This document shows, piece after piece, positions 1 to 11,970 of a stretch of 64,000 nucleotides of DNA; the first letter of the stretch is position 1; every line of letters begins with the position of its first letter. This DNA is from Octopus bimaculoides (Eukaryota): the NCBI RefSeq assembly GCF_001194135.2, contig NC_068991.1, positions 40,461,423 through 40,525,422 on the forward strand, read 5' to 3'. Below the pieces are notes generated by a model, which was not told where the DNA came from, did not search any database, and saw nothing but the letters and a program-made list of their open reading frames with translations. A program made the position numbers and the translations under genes.

Positions 1-757
1 TTGAAAGAAAACACAACCAAATTTTGCTTCCTGCTTAAGTAAGAAAACTTTCATCAGCCACAGGGAAGTAGCTGATGAAAGCTTTTAGCCATATGTGGAA
101 TACCAAAAATCAGATGGAAATTACTACTGTATTTTGTATGTATTGGTTGTTTTAAATGTGTAATGGCTTCTCAAGTGGTCTAACAGAGAATCCAAGCCTT
201 AGAGGCACCAGAAGCTATTTGAGCAACCATCAGCTGGAGGCTATGTAGACTCTTCCAAATGTGTTCACTGAAAGTTTATACGTTATGCTATCTGAAGGGT
301 ATAATTTATGCCAGAAGAAGGAGAAAGTGGTAGCAGGGTGGTTAAAGGGTGAAAGAGTGAATCTAGAGAACTACTGACTTTGATAGAACCTAGGGATTAC
401 TTTCACTATGGAAATAGCAAACTCAATGAGTTTTGTATAGTTCTACTTCCACTAGATCTGAATCTATATTGAAACTCTGGGACAGTAGGGTAGTTTACGT
501 ATGACTGCAGCCAATTTAATAAAAGTTTGACAAATGTCTTACCAACACTTTACAAGTACAGACACATTATGAAACTTACAGTTAAACTTGGTACCTATTC
601 CTTATAGTGAAATTACTATTGCAATCCCATGGAACTGTTGAGCTATTCCATTCATTAACAACTGATATAGTTACAATATCAATCACTGCAACCCTTCCAT
701 GCTTAATGACTTGTGCTGTTACACCATCAGCTCCTAGTGGGGTTTCTTGTTAATTTG

Positions 758-962
758 TTTAGCTCTTTTGTTATTATATTTCTGTTAAAATATACTGCCT
801 TAGTTTCAGTTTAGTAAAATAGCTTTGTCATCATTAAATTGGTGTTTGGAACATGAATTAACATGAAATTTTGATGGAAGATTTTAATTTAGGCCACTTA
901 AAAACAGTTTGTATCATATAGAACCCGGGAAAGTCTTGGGTGGTTTATATCAAAGAAGTTAA
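758..962. mobile_element. Degenerate piggyBac-like MITE (same family as 13983-14115 and 35035-35249)
   Basis: Internal gaaattttgatggaagattttaattt is the reverse complement of aaattaaaaccttccat(c/g)aaaattt in the other two copies. The end resembles ...atcaaaagggttaa. Confidence 0.5.
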
Positions 963-1699
963 TGGTAATTTTGACTTCCTCTACACTAGATATTATCCAT
1001 TTCTTCAATAAAATTATGCTGTGATAGGTTTTCTATGACTTTCTCATTGATTGTAGATGGATTATGAAAAAGATTTGTGAAGTACACCATCTCTTCAGAA
1101 ACACCTTCAGTATCATTAAAATAAATCCATCTTTGGAGAGGAACAGAAGTTGATTGGCAAGGACCAAATATATATTCTAAATGTGCTCTAAAGGAGACCT
1201 AAACATGCTCTCCATTGTTTTGGTATCTTTTTTTCAAAGGCCAGATAAATACCTGATGTGCTCAACCAGATGTATTCTTCATTACACAGGAATAGAACGT
1301 ATTAAATTAGAATTGTGAGATGAACACCCTAACCACTAGGCCACAAGTCTTCACACATATATGCACACACACATATGCTTGTGTGTGTATATATTATCAT
1401 ATATATCTATCTTGTTTCAATCATTGGACTACAGTTGTGCTGGGACACCATCTTGAAGGATTTAGTGAAATAAATTGATCCTATTATGTTTTAAGTCTGG
1501 TACTTATTCTATCTGTGTTAGGAAGGACATTGAGCTATAGAAATCATGCCAAAGCAGACATTCGATGACAATGCAGCTCTTGGGCCCATCGAATATTGTC
1601 AAACCACCCAACCAACCCACTACTACATAGAACATAGACATTTAATGATGATGAAATAGCAAGCAGTACCATCTCCCTCATCTTATTCATCATGGAACC

Positions 1700-2200
1700 A
1701 AATCTACTGCTAACAGCTGCAGTGAAAGAATCCAAATGCCAATAATTTATTGTGGTACCTGCCAACCACTAATGAAAGGTTCTATGGATGACCTAATCAT
1801 ATCAATATTACAGTCTATGCAAATTTTGAAGACAATTGGTGATATGACAGCATGAGCCAAAATGAAGTTGAAGCCAAGGAATTCAAGAAATTTGAAAGTG
1901 ACTTGCAAGATTTTACTTTCATGTTCTGGGAGATGTCCTATCATCAACTGAGGAAAATAATAGAAAATGCCTAGATAAGTAGTATGATGCTTTTTCTATT
2001 AATAGAAATAGTGCATCCAGGTCAGAGAGCCAATTAGATGAATGGTTGAGGAAGATAAAGGGATTAGACTTAGTAGGAGAGTTCAAAGCCTGGCTCTTCC
2101 AGAATGGGCTACTACCGAGACTTTTATGGCTACTGACAATCTTATGAAAGATTTATAACACGTTGAAGAGACATAGAAAAAGGTGAGTAAACAAACATCT
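1700..2200 (+). mobile_element. Decayed non-LTR retrotransposon RT fragment, HERO-like (R2/NeSL group)
   Basis: Hand translation gives QPLMKGSMDDLII...*AKMKLKPRNSRNL and WLRKIKGLDLVGEFKAWLFQNGLLPRLLWLLT. These resemble the FMDDL...WARMxFKPxKSRSL and GKFKAWxxQHGxLPRxLW signatures as I recall them. Contains stops. Confidence 0.65.
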
Positions 2201-3229
2201 CCATACTGCACTTGGAATTAATAGCTTTTAGCTATTTATAGTGTATTCAAACTGAGACGTGGGTATGCTGCTGAAATCTAATTTGCATAACTGTACTATA
2301 CAGCCTTTTGATATAATTTATACATACACTTCTGTTTACATTAACAATCAATTTTAGTGTCACTGAAAAATTAACAAAGTTATCACACCACATATATTAT
2401 CTGTCTGAATAGAGAAAGAGGGATCGATTTGGCTAATTTCTTGGAAGTTTAGACCTTCATCAGACCATCATCTTCAGTCCATGGAGGAATTACTAGTTCA
2501 TAATTGTTTATAGAGTATGTTGACTGGATACTCAGTTGAAGATGAATGGCACAAAAATTAATGTATTATGGAACCAAATTACAGGGTTAAATATTTACCA
2601 TATATATATGTAGAGAGAGAGCTTGGGAAGCATACAGAAATTGTATATATCTAATTTCATCATGAATGGGAAATAATATTCGTTTTCTATTTAATAATTA
2701 ATAAGTACAGTTACAGTTTGTGTACTTGCACTACTTATCTAGGTAGTACATCCCTGATATGCATAATACATCAAAAACCACATTGTTATATTTTAAACAC
2801 ACATGCAAACAAATCTATAAGAAAACTTATTTCATACATAGAGTTAATAATAAATATTGCAATTAATACTGAGCATTTATACTGTCATTACTCTGTTTAC
2901 TCTGTCATTACTACTTTCTGATATTTACATGTATGTATGTTTGTATATCTTGTTTCAGTCATTGGACTGTGGCCATGCTGGGGTACCACTTTGGCAGGTT
3001 TAGTCAAGCAAACTGACCCCTGTACTAATTTTTTTTTAAAGTCTGGTACTTATTCTATCAGTATCTTTTGCCAAATTGCTAAGTTACAAGGACATAAATC
3101 AACACTGGTTATTAAGCTGTGGTGGGAACAAAATTTGCTTAGTAAGTGCAAACTCAGGTCCAAATTCTTTTACAAACAAGGCTGATTTTTTTTCAATCTT
3201 AATATCAAAACAAACATAGGTAAGATATT

Positions 3230-6200
3230 TTATTATCATATATGGAAAAATAATGCTTCAAATCATTTAAAAGAATTTTCTATGCTCGCTCGTTTTGGTA
3301 ATGAAGTTTTCCAAGAGAATGTCCAAAGTGTTTTCCTTGCTCAAGTTCTTATATATGTACACTACAGCACAGTGTATCAGACGGTGTTGTGTCTTTGTGG
3401 TACGGAGTCAGGTCTTCAAACAGCAAAAGTGTGCTGAACGTTCTCATCACACAAAGGCTTGTCCATAGCGCTTTCTGAAGAATTGTACATTGGTGAACAA
3501 AATTCAATGCATTAGTGACCAGGGTAAATGTAAATCTAACTTCTTGGAGGACAAGGTCCAAAGAGTGGTTTCTGCGGTGTACAAAATATGTGCCAGGAAA
3601 CCTATGTCTGTGTGCATCCTTGAATGGCTGACTGGTCTGATATTGTTAGGAGATGTCTTTTTGTTTAATGTTTCAGTTGTGGTTCCTTTGATATTTTTGA
3701 TTACTTTAGACAGGCAGTTGAACATCTGAGGACCCCCAAACATCAGACTCATACAATAAAGTGATTTTGAAGGTGGTATATTTGGAAGCTGACAGTATCT
3801 AACAGTTCATGCATTAAAATTCTTTCTAATTCTGAAGTTTGGAACAGGATTTTCCATACATATGTGATAGTGTATCTCTCTCTCTTCAGCATTCAAGAGA
3901 GTAGAGACAACGCTTTCAAATATTTCCAGTAGTTAAGGCTTTTAACCAAAGGTATTTTACTGGTGAATATTCTTTGTAACTTTTCAGTTTCTTCTATGAG
4001 ACCAGATGTGTTAGGAGTTCAAAGTTGTGAGCAGTAATCTAACCTGTTCAGAACTCAGGTTTTCCATAAAGTTAGCCTTAACTACTGGTTCTCTTGTCAC
4101 AATGGTTTGTAGAATCCATCCTACGAGGTGTCTGTATTTAGAAGTCAGTTTGGTGATGTGGCTAATGAAAGATGCATCATTTGACGTGATTACTTCTAAG
4201 TCCCATATGTCATTAGCACTGAATCATTCTGGCATCAAATATTGTGATTTGTGTGTATTCCCTCTGTAATGAAGAACCTGAAATTTTGATGTATTAAATT
4301 TCATATTGTTTTAATCCACCCATTGATAAATGATGTTCAGCTCATTTTGAAATGTGACAGTATCTTCTTGAGTTTGGATGGTCATTGATGTTTTTGCATC
4401 ATCAGCATAACTCATTAGTTTGGATGAGTGCACTTCTGATAGGTCGATGATAAATAATAATAGTCCTAGAATGATTCCTTGAGGCATACTTCTGCATGCA
4501 ATATGTCTGGGGTCGGGTGTATCTCACTTAGTGCTATACATATTGTCTTTTCTTGCTGTGCAAGGTCTCTAAGATATGATAGCTTTGTTTGATTTGTGAA
4601 GTGTGAAAGACCTTGTATATTTGACATTATTATTGAATTGAGATTCTGGGTTAATGACTACAATGGTGTGGTTGTGCACTGGGGTAATAGCAGTGGTTGG
4701 TGATGTGTGAGACCTATAGGTTTTTTTTAAATTTCTTTTGCCAGAGTCATCTCTAAAAGAGAATTTTCTTGTTTTAGGAGGGGTTGTTGTCCGGAGTTGG
4801 TATGGTTACACTGTTGAATATGGTTATAGTTATACTGTTTGCAGTTATTGATTTTATTATTGTACTCAGTAGATATTTATGTGACTTGTGGGTTTCGATG
4901 AAAGTCTGTACCAACACTGCCTCTGTAAGGGATGTTTTTACTGGTTCAACGAGTCCCTGGAAGATGAGTGAAGGGACAGTCACACATCAGATATAATCTT
5001 TTATGTTGGGAATAACAACAGATTTTAAGATTCCAGGTTACATGTGTAGAAGTTAAGTGTAATTTAGCACGTAGTGGCAATGGTGATGTTATTGTAAGAT
5101 GTGTGGTTTCGCATTGGCTGGTATTGCTTGTACGAATTGTGCATCTCGTTCCAGGTGAATGAGTGAAGTTACAATCACTGTGTATGCATAGTCTCTCGCA
5201 TTGAGAATAGCAGCATATTTTGAGGTTACATGAGCTCATAAATTTTATTTCATTTACAGTTGACAGATTTATTATGGAGTTGTCAAGTATACATTCAGAC
5301 TGAGGTGAACAGTGGGGGAAGAAAGGAATGATCCTTTGCTAATTGGAGTCGTGGTAATGGTAATACAGTAGATTAGGATGATGATGATGGATTCTGAGAA
5401 GAATTTGAGAGGCTTGACTGTGGAGAAGAGCTTGGGACTGTGTTGTTAATAGGCCATCAATTGTTCTAGTACTGAAGACTGACTTCCAATGCTGATCTTG
5501 TTGCTATTGTTCAGTTGTGGTATTCCAAGAAGACAAGGAAGTAGATAGCTCTTAATTGTGGAGTTTAATAGTTCATCAATTTTTCTAATAGTGAAGAGTG
5601 ACTTCTAATGCTGATCTTGTTGTTGCTATTGTTTAGTTGTGGTATGGTTAGGAGCAGTAGAACATGATGACAAAGGTGATGATGGGTCACTTGTGGTATT
5701 CCAAGGAAAGGAATAGCTGAACTGTGAAGGGCTTTTGATTATGAAGTTTAATATTTCATCAATTATGCTAGTATTGAGAGAGTGGCCATGGTTGTTGTTA
5801 CACACACACACACACACACACACATACATATATAAATGTAAGATCCAAGAATCCGTTGTAAATATAAAAAACACCTTTCAGGAACAATAAAGTTTTATTG
5901 AGGCAGAAGGTTGTGGATTTTTTTGTATCGAAGTATAATAAGCTGGAAAAAAAATTCTTTTTATATTTCACAGACAACCAGGGTTGCCGGGTATGCAAGA
6001 GTTAAGGAATAGAGTAGGTAAGATCTGGGCTACATATGTTTCATAGTGAGCAGAACCTCATATATCCAAGTGAGGTGTATAACACAGGCTACTCTTCAAG
6101 CCAAAGATATCTTGATTAATTGAAAGTTTACATTGTTGCAAGGAGGTACATGCTAACACATGGAAGATTCAATCAGAATTCTGACAGAATCTTCTGTTGG

Positions 6201-6300
6201 AAGGTTCTTTTTATTTATTTTAGTTCCTTGTTCTATTTTGTGAAGAAGCTTAACTTCAAGCAACTTTTTACAGGTCAATTTTTAAACACTATTTTCTAAG
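3230..6300 (-). mobile_element. Decayed CR1/L2-group LINE, about 3 kb (boundaries approximate)
   Basis: Minus strand about 4300-4500 reads MPQGIILGLLLFII...MSYADDAK...ELNIIYQWVD*NNMKFN (RT motifs). The 3' region GPQMFNCLSKVIKNI matches CR1-type ends. Many stops and frameshifts; a (CA)n lies at about 5800. Confidence 0.8.
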
Positions 6301-7884
6301 CTTGAGAAAGGTAAGTAAGGGGTGCAATATTGAATTTTGTACTCTAACAACATTTTAGGGGGTGCACTTGCACCCCTTGTTCCCAGGTCCTTGGGTGGGA
6401 ACAAAGACACACATACATACAAGCTTCATTCAGTTTCTGTCTGCCAAATCCACTCACAAGATTTTGGTCAGCCTGATGCTATAGCAGATGACATTTACCT
6501 AAGGTGTCATGCACTCAGATCCATTTGGTGGGGATGCAAATGTCTTACCACACAGCTGCAGTTATTTAGACCTGAAATAGATTCCTAGCATTCTGTATAA
6601 TGTATATTATCACTCTCACTGTACTTGTTTTTACTCCATACTACCTTCTTTTGGATGGATCACACAACTCTTCACTGTTTCTTGTCATCAGGTAGACACA
6701 TCAGCAGAGGAAACCCAGACAATGCTGTCAGATGAATGTTCTTCCTATCAGCAGCCACTTTGAAATGGGCTGAGTGCATTTAATCATGTGACCTTGTTTT
6801 GTTCAGAATTGTAAATGACAACTAATTCAGTATATATGTATGTAGTAATGTTTATTTGTATAAGCTCAATGAATCACTCAGTTTTATGCATACCCAATTA
6901 TTCAAGCTCTTATGCTTATAGATTGTTGAAAAATAAGATGGCAAAGAGATCTGTTACTGATTCTTTGCTTACAATGGCTTGTTGTGCTTAGGTGGTGAAA
7001 CTGATTAATAAACACCAAGAATTATTTTACCACATGAGTACCTAAATGATCTCACATGCATAAAACTATGGTTGAAATATATGAAGTGAATCACCAATTA
7101 ACACAAATAAATGTAAAATTTCATCAAAACTAATATATATTACCTTGGCCTTAAATAAATGTTCTCTACTCTTTTTGTGTATGTCTGCTGTAATCAAGGG
7201 CAATGCTGTGCTGATGTTACCCATTGGTTACCATCAGCTCCAAAAACATGGGAGCACAACTGTTCTCTTGTCTTCAGAAGATTAAGCAAAAATATCTTTT
7301 TCTTAGTGGTGTGTGCGTGTGTATGTATATATATTTTTTTTTGGGGGGGGGGTTCAGTAATTAAACTGCAGCCATCCTAGGGTACCATCTTTATGAATTT
7401 TTGTGGAATGAATTGCCCCCAACACTTATTTTCTTTAAAGCCTGATACTTTTTTTATCGTTCTCTTTTTCCAAACTGCTAAGTTACGGGGATGTAAACAC
7501 ACCAACACTGGTTGTCAAGCAGTCAGCAAGAGACAAGCACCACACACACACATATACAGCGGGTTTCTTTCGGTTTCTTATTTCTTTATTGCCCACAAGG
7601 GGCTAAACCTAGAGGGGACAGACAAAGGGATTAAGTCGATTACATCGACCTTGGTGGCATTTGAACTCAGAACGTAATGGCAGACGAAATACCGCTAAGT
7701 ATTTTGCTAGCGTGCTAACGTTTCTTCCAGCTTGCCGCCTTATTTCTTTCAGTTTCTGTCTCCCAAATCCATTCACAAGGCTATAATAGAAGATGCTTGC
7801 CTAAAGTGCCATGCAGTGGACTGGATCCAGAACCATGTGGTTCAAAAGAAAACTTCTTACCACACAGTCTTACCTTTGCCTATA

Positions 7885-9176
7885 CAGGGTGTCCCAAAAT
7901 GAAGGCAACCAACTTTTTTTCAGTTTTGCCGAAGCAAAATATTGTTATATTTTGGGTCCAAGCATTGCAATGCTATGGTAAAGGAAACACAATTATGGCA
8001 CTACCACATTTATTCAATATGACCACCTCTGTTTCGAATCACAACCTTAAGTCTAGGTGCAAATGCTTCACATGCGGCACACAGCTGTTCTTGCAGATTC
8101 AAAACCCATTACTGGCACAGTTTTGCCTTCAGTACATCGAGTGAAGCATCAGGAGTGCTCAAGACCCTCATCTATGAAATGAACCAAACAGAAAAATCCA
8201 ATAAGATAAGACTGGAGCTTCTTGAAGGCCATACATCCTTGCCTGTGACCTGTGAATGACAATGTTTTTCTGAATCTAGTGTTGTGTCTGTCTGTCTGTA
8301 GAGCTGTGGGTTGGTGCCGTGTCCTGCTGGAGGCTCCAAGGTGCACTTTGAAAGTGTTCATTCGCTCATGGAAGCACTTCAGCTTCCAGAATGTTGCTAA
8401 TATATCGCTGGGTGTTAATTTTAATACCCAAGGACACAAACACAAGGGGAGACCTTCCAGTGGCGGTCACAGCCACCCAAACCATAACTGACTAGATTTC
8501 AACGTCAATTTATAAGTTTACCTTCAACGGAGCCTGATACACTCCAAAGTCGGTCATTCTGGTGGTTTACTCTCTGTTCAATGTCAAATTTCTTTTCATC
8601 AGTGAACACCAGGTTGGGCAACATGCCTTCAATCTGACACAGGATAAGATGACTTCTCTTCAGTCTCATGGCTTTATAAACTTGTGTGTACTTATGACAG
8701 CAGATCATCTTATAGAAATGGGTCCTGAGATTCTTCTTGAGCACTCAATACATCAATGTTCAGTTTATTTTGTTGAAGCAGCCAGTTTTCTGACAATGAT
8801 GAGGATTTCACCATGTCTTTTCTTTGGTACTTTTGATAGGCTGAAGGGTCCACACACTTTTTTTTCAGCCATGTCCAGGTCAATCAGTGGTGGAACTAGT
8901 CTCTTGGAATTTCTTGACAATTTTTCAGACTGTTGTTCAGTTAATTTTAAGTTTTTTTTTACTATAGCTGTATTACTTTCACCTCCTTTGTGGAAGGTTA
9001 TGATTGTATTTTGGTCTATAGCCATTATCTAATTTATAAATCTGAATTTATTTAGTCCGAAACAAAAAGAAGACACACTAAGCTTTTATAATTACGTATA
9101 ATTTTCAGATTTTATCACACTTATTGATAGTTATTAAAGCCCAAAACTTTGGTTGCCTTAATTTCAGGACACCCTG
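7885..9176 (-). mobile_element. Full-span decayed Tc1/mariner element, maT/DD37D-like
   Basis: TA-flanked imperfect TIRs CAGGGTGTCC(caaaatg/tgaaatt)AAGGCAACCAA. Transposase fragments VFTDEKKF, VMVWVAVTATGRSPLVF, LQQDTAPTH, VWPSRSSSLILLDF (last catalytic residue D-type) and VIRNRGGHIE*. Confidence 0.88.
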
Positions 9177-9678
9177 TATGTGTGTATATATAGATAAATT
9201 CCAGAGAACCTATTCTGCTAAGGACAACTTTACTTTTCATCTTTTCAGGGTCGATAAAATAAGTAGGCAGTTGAGCACTGGGGTCAATGTAATCAACTTA
9301 CCCTTCCTTCAAAATTGCTGGCCTTGTGCCAAAATTTGAAACCAGTATATCAAGAATTTATTTTACATAGTATACTTTGTCCTTGTTATTCAAAATTTAT
9401 GCCATGACAATTCTGTGTTATTTCTGTTATCTCATTTTTGTTGATACATATAAAGCAGCTGAGAAATTTATAATTCACATTAGAAATATGAGTGAAAGCA
9501 TATCAAAAATAGAAATCTGCATTTTCAGTTCTATTTAAGGTACAGGTGTGTGTCGTAGGTATAGAGTCGCTTCATAATGCAACAGCTTAAGCAAGTGTCT
9601 TCTACTATAGTCTTGGGCCAACAATACATTGTGAGTTAAATTAGTTGGCAGAAACTTTACGGAAATCTCTTCTGTGTA

Positions 9679-9737
<59 letters not shown>

Positions 9738-10280
9738 CCATATCACTTGAAGAAATGAAAAAAGACCCACCTAATATCCATATATATTAAAGATTGGACT
9801 GTAATCATCCCAGGTGTGTGGGCTATGGTCACAAAAATGATTTGTGGAAAATGAATTATTATTACTGCTACGTATAATGTATGTGTGTGTGTGTATATAT
9901 ATGTATATCTTTTACTTTTTGCTTACTTCATTCATCAGACTGCAGCATTGCATTTAAGAATTTTAGCAAAATGAATTACATATACACAATGGGCATCTTT
10001 CTGCTTCTGTCTACCAAATCCACTCACGAAGTTTTGGTTAGCCCAAGACTATAGTAGAAGACATTTGCCCAAGGTACCACACAACAATACTTGCATCTAA
10101 TATATTTCATTGAGGTTTATAATATGCCTACCAGATCATTCCATGGATTTGCAAAATTCTCCCCTTTATCAGTTTTTGAAATATAATTGGAATACTGCAC
10201 TGGTTTGGTTCCTTCAGGAACTGCTGATGAGGTGATCAGATTACACTGTTCTCCTAATTATCATTATCAAATGTATATAC

Positions 10281-10667
10281 TCGTTTACTCGTTTCAATCG
10301 TTTGACTGTGGCCATGCTGGAGCACCGCCTTTAGTTGAGCAAATCGACCCCAGGACTTTTTCTTTGTAAGCCTAGTACTTATTCTATCGGTCTCTTTTGC
10401 CGAACCGCTAAGTTACGGGGACGTAAACACACCAGCGTCGGTTCTCAAGCGATGTTGGGGGGACAAACATACACACACACACATATATATATATACATAT
10501 ATACGACGGGCTTCTTTCAGTTTCCGTCTACCAGATCCACACACAAGGCTTTGGTCGGCCCGAGGCTATAGTAGAAGACACTTGCCCAAGGTGCCACGCA
10601 GTGGGACTGAACTCAGAACCATGTGGTTGGTAAGCAAACTACTTACCACACAGCCACTCCTACGCCT
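10281..10667 (-). mobile_element. tRNA-derived SINE, near-intact copy of the dominant family
   Basis: Minus-strand head aggcgtaggagtggctgtgtggtaag...gagttcagtcccac has A/B-box-like motifs. Decayed copies recur at about 1410, 2950, 6410, 7370-7870, 12640, 25700, 35600, 38830, 44610, 56450 and 60530. Confidence 0.88.
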
Positions 10668-11025
10668 ATTTATGTAAACATTATCAATACCACATGCTTA
10701 AGATGTGTGTTGTTTAAATCCTGGGAGCAGCAGTTTATTGTCCAGGAAAAGACCCTTTAAAGACATATAGTGCTAAAAAACATACTTTAATGCAAAGCAA
10801 AATAAAATCACCCTTGAAGCAAACACAAGAGCAATAAATATGTATTTCACTGTAAATGCAGCTTATCAATACCAGGCACTCAAGTTACCTCCCAAACGAA
10901 ATCAAAATCTCTAGCCTGAAGTATATACAGATGGTGTAAAACCTATTTATTAGTTAGCAATGGTACGCAGGTAGAATATCTCCAGATTGTGCAATAGAAG
11001 CATCTTTATAATACAAACATTACTA

Positions 11026-11398
11026 CTTATTTGTTGGCACTCCGTCGCTTACGACGTCGAGGGTTCCAGTTGATCCGATCAACGGAACAGCCAACTCGTG
11101 AAATTAATGTGCAAGTGGCTGAGCACTCCACAGACATGTGTACCCTTAACGTACTTCTCGAGGGATATTCAGCGTGACACAGTGTGACAAGGTTGACCCT
11201 TTGAATTACAGGTACAGCAGAAACAGGAAGTAAGAGTGAGAGAAAGTTGTGTTGAAAGAGTACAGCAGGGTTCGCCACCATCCCCTGCCGGAGCCTCGTG
11301 GAGTTTTAGGTGTTTTCGCTCAATAAACACTCACAACACTCGGTCTGGGAATCGAAACCACAAGTCCGCTGCCCTAACCACTGGGCCATTGCACCTCT
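11026..11398 (-). mobile_element. Second tRNA-derived SINE family, well-preserved copy
   Basis: Minus-strand head tggcccagtggttagg (A box) and ggtttcgattccc (B box). The body ...gagcactccacagacatg...ccctttgaattacag recurs at about 21140-21410. Confidence 0.8.
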
Positions 11399-11744
11399 AC
11401 ACAAACATTACTAATACTACATTCTTAATGTACATGCGTTGTTTTGTATGTATGTGGCATTGTTTACCTTCCACATGGTGTCCTATGACAACTTTTGAAC
11501 AAGACATCCTGTAGCTCTTGGATTTTTGACTTCTAACATCTCATGAAATATTAAAAGAATAGAATCTTCTACTTGTTAGCAGCAGTAATGGCATCTGGCC
11601 ATAAAAATATTGCTTCATGTACATCTTCATCCAACACATGCAATCATTGAAAATTGGACATTAAAATGATGATATATATGAATGTACATTCATACATACA
11701 TATGTGTTTGTTTAGGCATAGCTATAATAATGTTAAGAACTTAA

Positions 11745-11970
11745 CTTCAGAACGTTGTAGTTTAAACTGGTCATATCCAGCTCAAATGTTTTACCCATTT
11801 TATCCTCAAACCAGCCAGATCCAGTCTTTCACATCTACCCAACAATGTCATTCTAAAAATAAACAATCACATCTTCAAAATCTCAAAGCTATGAAGTAAT
11901 GAATGATTAATTCAAAACTATGTAATTAAATAAACATTTCATTTGACAATAATGTGAATGCTAAAGGGTT
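11745..11970. mobile_element. piggyBac-like MITE (family shared with 42196-42435)
   Basis: Ends in gaatgctaaagggtta. Internal gattaattcaaaac and ccagatcc blocks are shared with the 42196 copy, which begins ttaacactttagcat. Confidence 0.6.

Noticed and set aside
2151-2188. Consensus donor AAG|gtgagt at 2183
   Set aside because: Lies within the HERO-like remnant; the nearest acceptor gives 32 nt (non-3n).
11340-11398. tRNA gene
   Set aside because: A/B boxes belong to a SINE head; there is no complete cloverleaf and it continues into a repeat body.
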